From a virus (lineage: Duplodnaviria > Heunggongvirae > Uroviricota > Caudoviricetes): a stretch of DNA of 64,000 nt. A program made the position numbers and the translations under genes. The stretch spans positions 259,486 through 323,485 of the IMG/VR virus record IMGVR_UViG_3300030332_001481; one strand, given 5' to 3'. This document shows, piece by piece, positions 9,850-19,439 of the stretch (position 1 is the stretch's first letter; every line of letters starts with the position of its first letter). The notes beneath the pieces are model-generated. The model had not been told where the DNA came from. It ran no database searches and was given only the letters and a program-made list of their open reading frames with translations.

Positions 9850-10100
9850 GAAAAGGCAGTCTTATGCAGATCGACAAAGAGCGAGTTCTACTCATGCTGG
9901 GCGTGCTCCTTACGCTTAGCCCGTGTGCGTTCCTGCTTGGATTCATGGCCAGCATCATGTCCTGGGACATGTTTGAGTCCCTTGCTGGGTTCGTCGTGGC
10001 CTCAATTATCTTTGCCGCTGGGCTCCTGATCCTCTCACGGGCAGAGGAAAAGAAGCGTCAGCGGCAAATTGAGGACTACATCAAGCAGTATCTGGGCTAG
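9846..10100 (+). CDS. small membrane protein (2 TM)
   Basis: Two hydrophobic helices and a basic C-terminal tail. Confidence 0.65.
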   Translation: MRKGSLMQIDKERVLLMLGVLLTLSPCAFLLGFMASIMSWDMFESLAGFVVASIIFAAGLLILSRAEEKKRQRQIEDYIKQYLG

Positions 10101-10558
10101 TCAAACCGAACCACTATGGGGACCCCTAGAACTTCAAAGGGTCCCTCGTAGTGGTAGTTTCCACGCACCCCTACGACCACTGAGGTAGGTGACGACTCCA
10201 CGCTGGTGATGCACCAGTCGTAATCCTCGAACAGGCTCTTACGTAGGGCCAGCTCAGTGATCTTCCGCGCCGTCTCCAAGAGATCCTCGTCGAAGTCCGC
10301 CTCTCGCAGGACTTCATGACCCCACCTCTGCGCAATCTCTTCCTCGTAGAGCTGCGTGCTCTGCTTGATGGAGTCCAGCGCCGAGTAAATGGAGTCCTCC
10401 TGAGCCACGAAACCAAGGCCAGGCTTGAAGAAGCCCTCAACCTTGATAGTGTCGCCGTCCTTCGTGAGGATGAAGGCCCCAAGAGCAGAGTCGCCCTCCA
10501 GCTTCTCCTGGAAATCCTGGCAGTACCAGGTGCTGAGATCGTCGTCTAGGTCGGGCAT
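10097..10558 (-). CDS. hypothetical protein
   Basis: ORF downstream of the methyltransferase. Confidence 0.7.
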   Translation of the reverse strand: MPDLDDDLSTWYCQDFQEKLEGDSALGAFILTKDGDTIKVEGFFKPGLGFVAQEDSIYSALDSIKQSTQLYEEEIAQRWGHEVLREADFDEDLLETARKITELALRKSLFEDYDWCITSVESSPTSVVVGVRGNYHYEGPFEVLGVPIVVRFD

Positions 10559-10567
10559 TCAAATCAC

Positions 10568-11281
10568 CTACAATCCAAGAACTTTCCTACAGTGCGCCAG
10601 GGAGTCGGCAGAGATATCAGAACCCCAGAACTTGCGGCCGGTATTACGGCACGCCAGAGCGATGTTACCGCTACCTACGAATGGATCGATGACCAAATCG
10701 CCCTCTGAGGTGGAGTTGGTCACCAGAGTCTCAAGGAGCGGCACGGGCTTTTCAGTTGGGTAGGAGCCCTTCTTGCGCGACTCAGACTTGAAGCTCAGCA
10801 CGTCAGGGATGCCCTTGTTGTGCAACTGCCTGGCCCCTGGGGTCCGTGAGGATGCCGTGGGATCGAAGGGCTTGGTTCCCTTCTCCAGGAAGAGAATGAA
10901 CTCGTACTGCGCCCTGTAGTGGTAGCCCATGCCCATGACTACACGGTCCCACACGAGGCGCTTCCATACACGGAATCCTGCCTCGATACACATCGGCTTG
11001 AGAATGTCAGATGTCTCGTCGTCGCAGAACACAAAGGCATGTGTGTTGGGCTTCTGAACCCTGTAGAGTTGTTCGCACAACACAGGAAGAACGCTGTTCT
11101 CGATCACAGGGAACCATCTCTTCTTGAGTCGCGTGGTTGTACCCACGCTTCGATGCTTCTCCAGAGACTCATAAGGAGGGTCTGTGACAGTGAGGTCTAC
11201 CGATTCATTCTCAAGGTTTAGAAGGAAGGACAGGTAATCTAGCTGCGCGACCTTGATGTTATCCTCATAAATGAGGGTCAT
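10568..11281 (-). CDS. site-specific DNA methyltransferase (N6-A/N4-C, beta class); probable start 11281
   Basis: Catalytic TDPPY, YPTEKP, SAM-binding DPFVGSG; ATGA overlap with the upstream gene. Confidence 0.92.
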   Translation of the reverse strand: MTLIYEDNIKVAQLDYLSFLLNLENESVDLTVTDPPYESLEKHRSVGTTTRLKKRWFPVIENSVLPVLCEQLYRVQKPNTHAFVFCDDETSDILKPMCIEAGFRVWKRLVWDRVVMGMGYHYRAQYEFILFLEKGTKPFDPTASSRTPGARQLHNKGIPDVLSFKSESRKKGSYPTEKPVPLLETLVTNSTSEGDLVIDPFVGSGNIALACRNTGRKFWGSDISADSLAHCRKVLGL

Positions 11282-13104
11282 AGAGCCTCTGCTACCTCGA
11301 CAGGTGCAGCCTGGGTCTGCGGCCCACGCCACTCCCCATCCTCAGAGATGAAGATCAGGGAACGCTTGCCGTTTGCGTAGATTACGCAGTGAGTATGCGT
11401 CCACGAGCTGGGTCCACGGTTGTATCCCTGGTCCAGCTTGCCACTGACGCCCACCTGGTAGCACCCCTCCAGGATGGCCGCGGTGTGGCTGTGCCCGATG
11501 ACTGTCTTGGCGCCGAGCTTGGAGTAGCTCAGCAAGCTAGCGCGAGCACCGTTCAGGCCCAGGTCTCCATGGAAGCCACACTCGATATCGGCGATCAAGT
11601 GACTCTGGTCCCTGCCTACGAAGTGTGCGCGGCCCTTGCCCCACTTTTCATAGCAGTGCTCGAACGCCGGTAGCCACTCCTGGTGCTCTTCGAAGTGCTC
11701 CAGGATACTCGCACGCATGGTGTGGAAGAACCGCGCGTTGAGCGGGTCCTTGTTGGCGTCTGCGTTTCGCAGCCATCTGTCGAACGCCTCATCGTGGTTA
11801 GACCCAATGACGACAGGGAGACAGAAGTCAGGGGTCATCTCGTCGACGAACGCAATCGCCTCCTTAACCTCATCCTCTACACAGTCCGGCTCGTCACCAA
11901 AGATGCGCTCGAAACGACGGTCTGGATCGTCAATGGAGTGATGGTTCCTGGCGCGAAAGTCTAGGAGGTCGTGGTAGAGAATCTGGGACGGCTTGAGGGC
12001 GTGGACCATGGCGTCTGCGCCCGTGTAGGTCGCCTCGACCACCTTGGGCTCTACCGCGGCCACGTGGGTGTCCCCAGTGACCAGGGCCAGGGGCCGCTCG
12101 GCCTCGAACACACCAGCAGGCGTGAACATCTCGGTTAGATCGGTGAAGACCCCGTCGTCATCTGCATTGATCTGACGAAGGTGCCAGGTGTCGCCCACTA
12201 CCTCCACGAGAGCAGCACCGAAGACGTGGTGCTGGAGTGCCTTCTTGCCTGCCTTGGTTCGCGTGTAGTTGGGGTAGGTGATGGCACCGGTCGAGACAAG
12301 AATCTTCGGCTTGCCGCGAACACTTGATGGGATCGGGCGAAGCTGAATTTTCGGGTGACCAAAGATGGAGGAGCAGGGGGACGCTTCCCACCCTGTAAGG
12401 GGCCGGACCGCAGTAGGCTGGATGGAGACGTCAGCGTAAACGATGAGGTCCTTGGCCAGCTCCGGCCGATCATCGCGGATGTACGGGTCGAGGCGTAGAT
12501 CCCACCAATCATCCTCCTGGTCCTTCTGGGACCAGATAGAGGTGGGGTTCCGGTATCTACCGGGGACGACTACGAGCTTGGCGTCTCGGTGCTCACAGAA
12601 GTGAAGCAGGCTAGCCAAGAAATTGTCGTGGACAGGAGTGGCGTTCTGAGCCCACGTAATCACGAAGCACTGAGGCTTCCCGTAGGAGGTCCTATCAACC
12701 AGGGTGTCTTCGCCGTCATCCCAGATGAGATCGTCCATGGTCGCTTCACGCACCCGCCGGTTGTGCGTAGGCTCCTCTGGCTCCTCTACCTTCTTCGTGT
12801 TCTTGCTCTTGTGGGACTTTTGAGCCTCGGCTGCAGCCTTATTCTTGGCTGCCAGTCGAGCCTTCTGTGCTCTACGAGAGACCATTTCGTCAGGGCGCTC
12901 TCCCTCTGCTAGCCCCTGTAGCCAGGTCCAGCCGCCGAGCTGCTTGATCTGATGATCAGTGAGCTTCGTGGGAGAGTCTTGGAGCTTCTGCCATCTCCGG
13001 AACTCCCTGCGGGGCAGGCTCTTCGGGGTGAAGCCCTTCACCTCGGCGCACTTTTTGATGAGTACTAGGGCCTTCTCTAAAGTCTGATCTTGAGACATAC
13101 ACAC
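11278..13104 (-). CDS. T5 A1-like metallophosphoesterase/nuclease
   Basis: FVITWAQNATPVH, GHPKIQL, NYTRTKAGKKALQHH plus calcineurin-like motifs GDTH, HDLLD, GSNHD, HGD, GHSH. Confidence 0.75.
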   Translation of the reverse strand: MCMSQDQTLEKALVLIKKCAEVKGFTPKSLPRREFRRWQKLQDSPTKLTDHQIKQLGGWTWLQGLAEGERPDEMVSRRAQKARLAAKNKAAAEAQKSHKSKNTKKVEEPEEPTHNRRVREATMDDLIWDDGEDTLVDRTSYGKPQCFVITWAQNATPVHDNFLASLLHFCEHRDAKLVVVPGRYRNPTSIWSQKDQEDDWWDLRLDPYIRDDRPELAKDLIVYADVSIQPTAVRPLTGWEASPCSSIFGHPKIQLRPIPSSVRGKPKILVSTGAITYPNYTRTKAGKKALQHHVFGAALVEVVGDTWHLRQINADDDGVFTDLTEMFTPAGVFEAERPLALVTGDTHVAAVEPKVVEATYTGADAMVHALKPSQILYHDLLDFRARNHHSIDDPDRRFERIFGDEPDCVEDEVKEAIAFVDEMTPDFCLPVVIGSNHDEAFDRWLRNADANKDPLNARFFHTMRASILEHFEEHQEWLPAFEHCYEKWGKGRAHFVGRDQSHLIADIECGFHGDLGLNGARASLLSYSKLGAKTVIGHSHTAAILEGCYQVGVSGKLDQGYNRGPSSWTHTHCVIYANGKRSLIFISEDGEWRGPQTQAAPVEVAEAL

Positions 13105-13199
13105 TCGCTGATTAATGACTATGTGTCCGGCGAAGCCGGTTCTACCTTATTCGGTAGGTAACATACGCAGCAGCAGTTTTACAGCGAAGAAGAACGTCC

Positions 13200-14681
13200 C
13201 TACCCGAACATCTCCGAGAACTGTCCCGGCATCCCCGCCTCAGCTTCCTCGTCATCTTCATTCGCAAGCTTCTTGAGCATGTCTACGATGGCCTTGGAGC
13301 GGTTGTTCAAGATGTGCTGTGCCTTCATGACGAGGGCCGGTCCCTTTTCCGACGATGCGTAGGCCTCAGGGTCGCCCAGTACATACTGAACAAGGGCGAG
13401 GGAGACTGTGCCTCTAACGAACGCGCGGTACGCGGAATACAGGATCTTGCGCTTCTTGGTGGTAAGGTGTGAGGCCACATCTACCTGGTCGCTGAGGTCC
13501 ATGACCTTTTCGGAGTAACCCTTCTCCGTGATGAGTCGAGGATCAGCAAGCTTGTCGTGAAGCACGTCGATCACATGTTCTGTGAACAGCTGCCGCAGAT
13601 CTTCAATCTGCGACATGGCATCCTCGTCATCAGAATCTAGCTTCTCGTCCAGGAAGACCTCGTTGGCGGTCTCCAAGAGCGCCGCCTGGATCTCCTTGAG
13701 ACGCTCATGCATACCAGACTGGATGTCATTGAGTTCTTTCTTGACCGCGGCCAAGTCCTGAGTCTTGGAGGGGGCCTGCTTGACTGGGACCTTATCCTCG
13801 ATGTCCTCTAGATCAGGAGCTTCCTGACTGGAGGGCTCCCGTGCCTCATCAACCCGTGGGGGTTCAGGGTTGGGGAAAGGCTTGTTCGGGGCCGAGGGCT
13901 TCTCCACGCGAGGAGGCTCGGGATTAGAGAAGGGCTCCGCTGGCTCCTCTTCCATGGGAGGGGGTTCAAGTACTTCTTCGGTATCTACCTTCTCCACCAC
14001 CTGAACCTGATCAAGGTTGGACTGGAAGTTCTTGGTAGAGTGTGAGAGCGACCCCATGAAGCGCTTCAGATCGGAGAGTGACGTAGAGTCTCCCGCTACC
14101 AGGCGGCTCAAGAAGTTCTTACTCTGGAGAGGGCCTGCGTGAAGAGCCATGCGAAGGAAGTGCTTCATCGCTCCGTAGAGCTTGACGATGCGGTCGTCCT
14201 TCTGGAAGACCTTCAGAAGTGCGGGGTATAGCTTCTGCGCGGAGGTGTCGATGCGCTGTAAAGCGTTGGTGTCGACACCTCCGTCGGCAGTGAGTGCATC
14301 TTGGATCTGCTCTTCCAGTACCCCAACGACCTTGGTCGTCTTGAGAGTACTAAGTGCGTCCAGCTTGGTTAGCAAGGCCTTCTGTGCCTTGAGAAGGAGG
14401 CTCTTACTCTCCTTGGAGATGTTGTCGGCCACTGCAGGAGTGATGTATGACCGTGGCGGTGATTTCTTCGAGGGAATCTCAGGACGCGTGGGCCTGCCAT
14501 CGGGCACAGTCCGCCTGTCCGGAATGGTGGCGCGACCTGCATCTGCGGGATCCTGAGCGTCCGGCCGAGGCAGCTCATCTTGGCGCATGACCTTGGTACC
14601 CTCAGCACATCGCCGAAGCCTACCTAAAATCTCCGCCTTTCGAGCCACACGCTCGATTCTTTCTTGAAGATCGTATCGCAC
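13200..14681 (-). CDS. hypothetical protein, probable head/internal virion protein
   Basis: N-terminus MRYDLQERIERVAR resembles MREDLQTRIAKVTAR of 48229..48570; Pro-rich linkers with duplicated PFxNPEPPRV. Confidence 0.75.
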   Translation of the reverse strand: MRYDLQERIERVARKAEILGRLRRCAEGTKVMRQDELPRPDAQDPADAGRATIPDRRTVPDGRPTRPEIPSKKSPPRSYITPAVADNISKESKSLLLKAQKALLTKLDALSTLKTTKVVGVLEEQIQDALTADGGVDTNALQRIDTSAQKLYPALLKVFQKDDRIVKLYGAMKHFLRMALHAGPLQSKNFLSRLVAGDSTSLSDLKRFMGSLSHSTKNFQSNLDQVQVVEKVDTEEVLEPPPMEEEPAEPFSNPEPPRVEKPSAPNKPFPNPEPPRVDEAREPSSQEAPDLEDIEDKVPVKQAPSKTQDLAAVKKELNDIQSGMHERLKEIQAALLETANEVFLDEKLDSDDEDAMSQIEDLRQLFTEHVIDVLHDKLADPRLITEKGYSEKVMDLSDQVDVASHLTTKKRKILYSAYRAFVRGTVSLALVQYVLGDPEAYASSEKGPALVMKAQHILNNRSKAIVDMLKKLANEDDEEAEAGMPGQFSEMFG

Positions 14682-15158
14682 ATGACCAAACTAACCAGTT
14701 TTTCCGAATTGTTCGAGACCGTAGAAACTGTTGGGTTTTCGGGTACTCGCAGGGGTCTCACAATCAAGCAGGCAGCCGCTCTACGGGAGGCGCTTGAAAG
14801 TATTTCCCCCACAACCTTTCAACACGGAGACTGTGTAGGGGCAGACTCCAAGGCACACGGCATCGCCCAGAGCTTGGGAATCTCCATCGAGACCAGGCCA
14901 TGCAACCTTGAGAGGCTCCGCGCCTACTGTGAGGCAGCTGCCACACATCCAGAAGAGCCTCCCCTGGACCGGAACAAGAAGATCGTGCGCAGCAGCGACC
15001 TCATGCTGATCTGCCCTGCAGAGCTGCAGGAACAGTCTCGTGGTGGGACGTGGTCTACCTTCCGCTACGCGGTGACCCAGAATGTCCCCACCATAGTCAT
15101 TTTTCGTAACGGTTCCATCGACAGTTACGGCACCGATGCCACTAATAGTGTAAAGTAG
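14682..15158 (+). CDS. SLOG-superfamily (DprA/YspA-like) nucleotide-binding protein; start uncertain
   Basis: VGFSGTRRG, HGDCVGAD, LDRNKKIV, RGGTWST motifs. Confidence 0.75.
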   Translation: MTKLTSFSELFETVETVGFSGTRRGLTIKQAAALREALESISPTTFQHGDCVGADSKAHGIAQSLGISIETRPCNLERLRAYCEAAATHPEEPPLDRNKKIVRSSDLMLICPAELQEQSRGGTWSTFRYAVTQNVPTIVIFRNGSIDSYGTDATNSVK

Positions 15159-15182
15159 CCTAGCAGTAAGCCCATACAGGAA

Positions 15183-15524
15183 ATGGCAGAAATATCAATG
15201 AGAGACTTCAAGAGTAGTATTAAGAACGCCAGTCGCCGTATCACGTTCCTCCGGGAGAAGTCCCACCAGAACTCGTTTGACAAGGCAGAGATCTCTGCCC
15301 TGGAGACTCTGGTCCGAGTTGCCAACGTCTATAACGACGCGCGAGGAGGCGGAGGACCTCATCTAGAGAACATTCTCTACATGGTGCGCGACGTACTGGA
15401 AGAGACCATCGAGGATTTCAGCGAGGACATCGACGCGATCCAGGTCGAGCGCCTCCAGGATGCCCGGAAGAAGTGTACCGAGGGAATCCGCATCATCCGC
15501 AACCTGGGGAAAGAAGATGAATGA
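15183..15524 (+). CDS. hypothetical helical protein
   Basis: ORF preceded by an AGGA RBS-like sequence. Confidence 0.7.
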   Translation: MAEISMRDFKSSIKNASRRITFLREKSHQNSFDKAEISALETLVRVANVYNDARGGGGPHLENILYMVRDVLEETIEDFSEDIDAIQVERLQDARKKCTEGIRIIRNLGKEDE

Positions 15525-16371
15525 GCTTACCGACCGCTACGTAGTGTTCGACTTCCAGAACACGCTCTGGAGGAGCTACATGGCTCGCCCGAGGAACGAA
15601 GAGGATATGCAGACCTCTACGGGGTACCCCTCTGGGCATGTCTACCGCTTCTTCCGGTCGGTCCACAAGTGGAAGAGCCAGTTTGGTGGCCACCCGGTTT
15701 TCATCTACGAGGGAGGTGAGAAGTATCGCTACGAGCTATTTCCCGAGTACAAGGCGGGGCGTGACCGTAACCGCGAGTTCGACCCAAAGCCTGACGTGGT
15801 CAAGATGCTCAAGCACATCAAGTGCACTGAGATCATCCCTGTAGATTCTGAGGCCGATGATGGGATTGCTGCGTGGGTACACAAGTACCCGACAGCCCGG
15901 CACCTCATTGTCTCGTCGGACAAGGACCTCTGGCAGCTGCGCTGTCCCAACGTGCAGATTGTGTTCTTCCAGTCAGTGATCTCTGACCAGGAGATCGAAG
16001 AGAAGTGTAAGAAGCACTATGGCACCCCCAAGCCGGCGTCTATCGTCCTGGCCAAGGCCCTCTACGGCGACAAGAGCGATGGACTGCCATCGGTCCCTCG
16101 CCTGTTCAAGAAGCACGTCAGCCCTCTTCTTGAGCGTGTCCGCCTGGTGGATGACTTCTTCGCGGAGATTGATTCTCTGCCCACGAAGACAGCCCAGAAG
16201 CTGCGAGACCACGAGGAGCAAGTTCGCAAGGTGTACGAGGCTGTACAGCTTCGGGCGCACTGCAAGTTAAGGCGCCGCGAGCGCGAAGGAAACGCGGAGA
16301 AGCTTACGCAGTTCCTTGAGAAGTTCGAGTGTGAAACACTTCTACCGCTAGTCGATGCGATGGTTAGCTGA
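15517..16371 (+). CDS. 5'-3' exonuclease / flap endonuclease (PolI N-terminal, T4 RNase H family)
   Basis: VVFD, RYELFPEYKAGR, EADDGIA, SSDKDLWQL, ALYGDKSDGLPSV. Confidence 0.93.
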   Translation: MNELTDRYVVFDFQNTLWRSYMARPRNEEDMQTSTGYPSGHVYRFFRSVHKWKSQFGGHPVFIYEGGEKYRYELFPEYKAGRDRNREFDPKPDVVKMLKHIKCTEIIPVDSEADDGIAAWVHKYPTARHLIVSSDKDLWQLRCPNVQIVFFQSVISDQEIEEKCKKHYGTPKPASIVLAKALYGDKSDGLPSVPRLFKKHVSPLLERVRLVDDFFAEIDSLPTKTAQKLRDHEEQVRKVYEAVQLRAHCKLRRREREGNAEKLTQFLEKFECETLLPLVDAMVS

Positions 16372-16378
16372 GGTAACT

Positions 16379-16708
16379 ATGGAAGACGAAAAGACTGATT
16401 TCGAGGCTCTGGTAGACCTTGTCACGCACATGTGTGAGGAGCTGGTCGACGACCCGAGCGAGCTACGGATTAATCATGCGTACATCGGCACTACGGGGTG
16501 TATCGAGATCCGCGGCCCGTCCGATGACATCGGGAAGATCATGGGTCAGAAGAAGGCCACGATTGCCGTGATCACCTCGATCGCCACAGCGGTGGCGTCC
16601 AAGTACCGCTACCGCATCTTCATCAACGTACTGAACGACCAGGAGTACGAAGAGATGTGCAGTTACCACGACGACGTAGGCGAGGGTAGCCTCGTGGAGG
16701 TGAAGTAA
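16379..16708 (+). CDS. khpA: KH-domain RNA-binding protein, KhpA-like
   Basis: LVDDPSELRI...DDIGKIMGQKKATI matches the single-KH KhpA (UPF0109) pattern. Confidence 0.7.
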   Translation: MEDEKTDFEALVDLVTHMCEELVDDPSELRINHAYIGTTGCIEIRGPSDDIGKIMGQKKATIAVITSIATAVASKYRYRIFINVLNDQEYEEMCSYHDDVGEGSLVEVK

Positions 16709-17727
16709 TGGAGAAGCTTGAGAACATTGGCGAGACTAATGGTGACTCGTACCTGTACTACATGCTGGGTGTCATTTGTGCCCGCATGGAAGTGGGCGGA
16801 AGCCAGCTCCGGCTCCCTCCTACTGGGGTCAATTACTTCTCTGGTGCGGGCCTCTCACGCCTGGTTCAGTTGGGCCTCACGTGCGAGGAAGGTAAGGTAT
16901 TCGGCACGCTGGATGAGAAGAAGTTCGTCTTCAAGTCGCTGGGGCTGTCCAGCAAGGCCAAGACCCTGAAGCCCGACATGGAGGCCATGGGTGATAATGG
17001 AAAGTACTTCCTGCGAGCGCTCGTTGAATGTGCGCAGAAAACTGAACTGTGGGAGCACAGCCCTCGTTACACTGCCGGGTACTCGGATGGGCCAAAAGCC
17101 CCTCAACTGACTATGTCTTCAGTGGGGACAGAACTATTGGTCTCAATTACTTCAGACATGGGGTTTAGGCCGTACGTGTTGGACGAGGCGGAGATGTTGA
17201 AGTTTTCTGGCACTGACTGTATTGACCTCCTTGGTCATATCTACAGCGGGGAGTATGGCCCGTGCAGCCCAACCCTTCGTTCGCAGGCAGAGAAGTTTCT
17301 CTACGCAGGAAATCAAGCCACATTCAAGCTTTTCCGGGACGGGGCGGTTCTCCCCTCCAAGGCAAACGCCAGCGACTCTGGGTTTGATGTGACCCTCATC
17401 GGGGTCGAGAAGGAGTACGGGGACGTTACTCTCTATCGAACAGGTCTCAGAGTAAAGCCGCCAGAAGGGTACTACTTCGACATGGTGCCTCGCTCGTCCC
17501 TGCACAAGAAGGGACACACGTTGGCCAACGTGGTGGGTGTCATCGATCAGAGCTACCGGGGAGAGATCCTGGTGGCACTGAAGCGGTGGGAGGGGTTTGA
17601 GCCCCTCGAACTTCCTATGCGAGCAGTGCAGCTCATCCCGCGTCAGGTGCACCCCATGCGTGCAGTCAAAGGAGACGCGGGTGCCTCTGCGCGTGGCGAA
17701 GGTGGATTCGGCTCCACGGGAGAGTAA
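16708..17727 (+). CDS. dut: trimeric dUTPase with an N-terminal degenerate LAGLIDADG-like extension
   Basis: dUTPase motifs DSGFDV, PRSS, GVIDQSYRGEI, QLI, RGEGGFGSTG; about 200-aa N-terminal extension. Confidence 0.9.
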   Translation: MEKLENIGETNGDSYLYYMLGVICARMEVGGSQLRLPPTGVNYFSGAGLSRLVQLGLTCEEGKVFGTLDEKKFVFKSLGLSSKAKTLKPDMEAMGDNGKYFLRALVECAQKTELWEHSPRYTAGYSDGPKAPQLTMSSVGTELLVSITSDMGFRPYVLDEAEMLKFSGTDCIDLLGHIYSGEYGPCSPTLRSQAEKFLYAGNQATFKLFRDGAVLPSKANASDSGFDVTLIGVEKEYGDVTLYRTGLRVKPPEGYYFDMVPRSSLHKKGHTLANVVGVIDQSYRGEILVALKRWEGFEPLELPMRAVQLIPRQVHPMRAVKGDAGASARGEGGFGSTGE

Positions 17728-19439
17728 TGGGAAAGAAAAAGAGCAAGAAGCCCCTTGCTGTACTCAATAATGTCTTGTGGGTACCTACTGACTACGTCAC
17801 GGATGAACACCGCGACGCCTTCACCCACATAATTCCTTATACTGAGTATGTGCAGGAGCGCAACAAGCCTCGGCAGTGTCGCAACTGTGACCTGTGGGGC
17901 AAGCGCTGGCGTAACAATGGGCAGCACACCTGCAAGGACAAGGGGTACAGCCTAGACGACGTCTGCCGTCAGTTCTCCTACAAGGAGGTCAAGGTAGAAC
18001 AAGAGATCGAAATCCAGACCTACGCCAAGGTCAACGATGACTGGACGAAGTTCGCGCGGGGAGACTTAGGCAAGATCAAGTCACTGTTCGGCTCGGACTT
18101 CCGCTTCCGTGACGAGCGATCAGCCCCTGAGCTGGGCTTTGATCTGGAGTGTACCAAGACGCTGTACCCCGAGCAGCAGGAGGTGGTCAACAGTTGGCTG
18201 AAGCACAAGTACGGCATCATCCAGGCCCCAACTGCTTTTGGTAAAACGGTCATGTGGGCGTGGTTGGTGGCTCACCTGAAGGTGAAGACCCTACTGCTCG
18301 CTCATGAAGTCCGCCACTTGCGTGTAGGGTTCGAAGGCATCTACGACCACACCAACCTCTCCGAGATCGAGGAGGCGATGGGCGGGGTGCACCTCGCCGG
18401 GGTCATGGGGAAGGACTGGTACTGGGCCACGGACCAGAAGGGCAACAAGACCCGCAAGTTCAAGGCAAAGAAGGGCGCCACCTACCCCATCATGTTCACC
18501 ACGTTCCAGGCTCTTGCGTCGGAGAAGGGTAAGAAGATCCGGCAGGAGCTGAAGGACGAATACGGGTTTGTTCACTGCGAAGAAGCGCACCACGAATCTG
18601 CCGAAACCTTCAACGCGGCCACAAGGTCTTTTAACCCCAAGTACAGATCTGGCCAGACTGCGACCCCCACACGCAAAGACATGACGCATGTGGTGATCTA
18701 CGATACCCTGGGTCCTGTCACGGCTCGTGGCTTCAAGGAGGCTATGACCCCTGAGGTCTACTTCTACGACACACAGATCTATGTGCCGGCCTCCGTGTTC
18801 CGTGGCAAGTACGGGTACACCAAGCTGGTGTCCTGGCTGGCGTCTAACAAGGCCTACACTGACTTCGTGTACGAGAAGATATCTGAGGAGATTGAAGAGG
18901 GTCGAAAGCCTCTCTTGATCTCAGAGCGTAAGAACCATGTCGCAAGGATGGCGCAGCGTCTCAGTCAGGATGGCTACTCGTACGAGCTGATCGTGGGTGG
19001 AAAAGAGATGGGAGACCAGACGGTCCTTTCTCAGCGTCTCATGTCGGGTGAGCTGCAGTGCATCATTGGCACGAAGGTCATGAACGAGAACGTCAACATC
19101 CCTCCGCTCGACTCCATCCACTTGCCATTCCCGAACTTCGGGAAGGAAGTGGAGGAGCAGCGCGTGGGTCGAATCAGGCGTTACCTCTCCAAGAGCCACT
19201 ACAGGTGGATGGAGGAGAATGGAGTAGACTGGGACAAGCCCGACCCCCGAGTCCACGTCTACCACTGGCAGACTGACAACGACTTTTCCATGAAGGCGCT
19301 CCGTTTCCGGAAGTCGCTGTACAAGAGCTGGGAGTTCGTGTTCCAGACCAACCCCGAAGAGATCCTGGATCACAAGGTGCGTGAAACCCTAGGTAGTCTA
19401 CTAGACGACGAAGAACTGGATTTGGACGATGACGACTAA
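17727..19439 (+). CDS. superfamily 2 helicase (UvsW/XPB-like)
   Basis: Q-motif LYPEQ, APTAFGKT, EEAHH, TAT, ENVNIPPL, QRVGRIRR. Confidence 0.88.
   Translation: MGKKKSKKPLAVLNNVLWVPTDYVTDEHRDAFTHIIPYTEYVQERNKPRQCRNCDLWGKRWRNNGQHTCKDKGYSLDDVCRQFSYKEVKVEQEIEIQTYAKVNDDWTKFARGDLGKIKSLFGSDFRFRDERSAPELGFDLECTKTLYPEQQEVVNSWLKHKYGIIQAPTAFGKTVMWAWLVAHLKVKTLLLAHEVRHLRVGFEGIYDHTNLSEIEEAMGGVHLAGVMGKDWYWATDQKGNKTRKFKAKKGATYPIMFTTFQALASEKGKKIRQELKDEYGFVHCEEAHHESAETFNAATRSFNPKYRSGQTATPTRKDMTHVVIYDTLGPVTARGFKEAMTPEVYFYDTQIYVPASVFRGKYGYTKLVSWLASNKAYTDFVYEKISEEIEEGRKPLLISERKNHVARMAQRLSQDGYSYELIVGGKEMGDQTVLSQRLMSGELQCIIGTKVMNENVNIPPLDSIHLPFPNFGKEVEEQRVGRIRRYLSKSHYRWMEENGVDWDKPDPRVHVYHWQTDNDFSMKALRFRKSLYKSWEFVFQTNPEEILDHKVRETLGSLLDDEELDLDDDD

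Noticed and set aside
9037-15160. GTAAAGTAGCC 11-mer upstream of two plus-strand genes (9037, 15150)
   Set aside because: Only two copies, with different spacing to the start codons, both overlapping ORF ends; insufficient for a promoter call.
16708-17320. Intein in the dUTPase
   Set aside because: No N-extein, no Cys/Ser start block and no His-Asn end; the extension is purely N-terminal.
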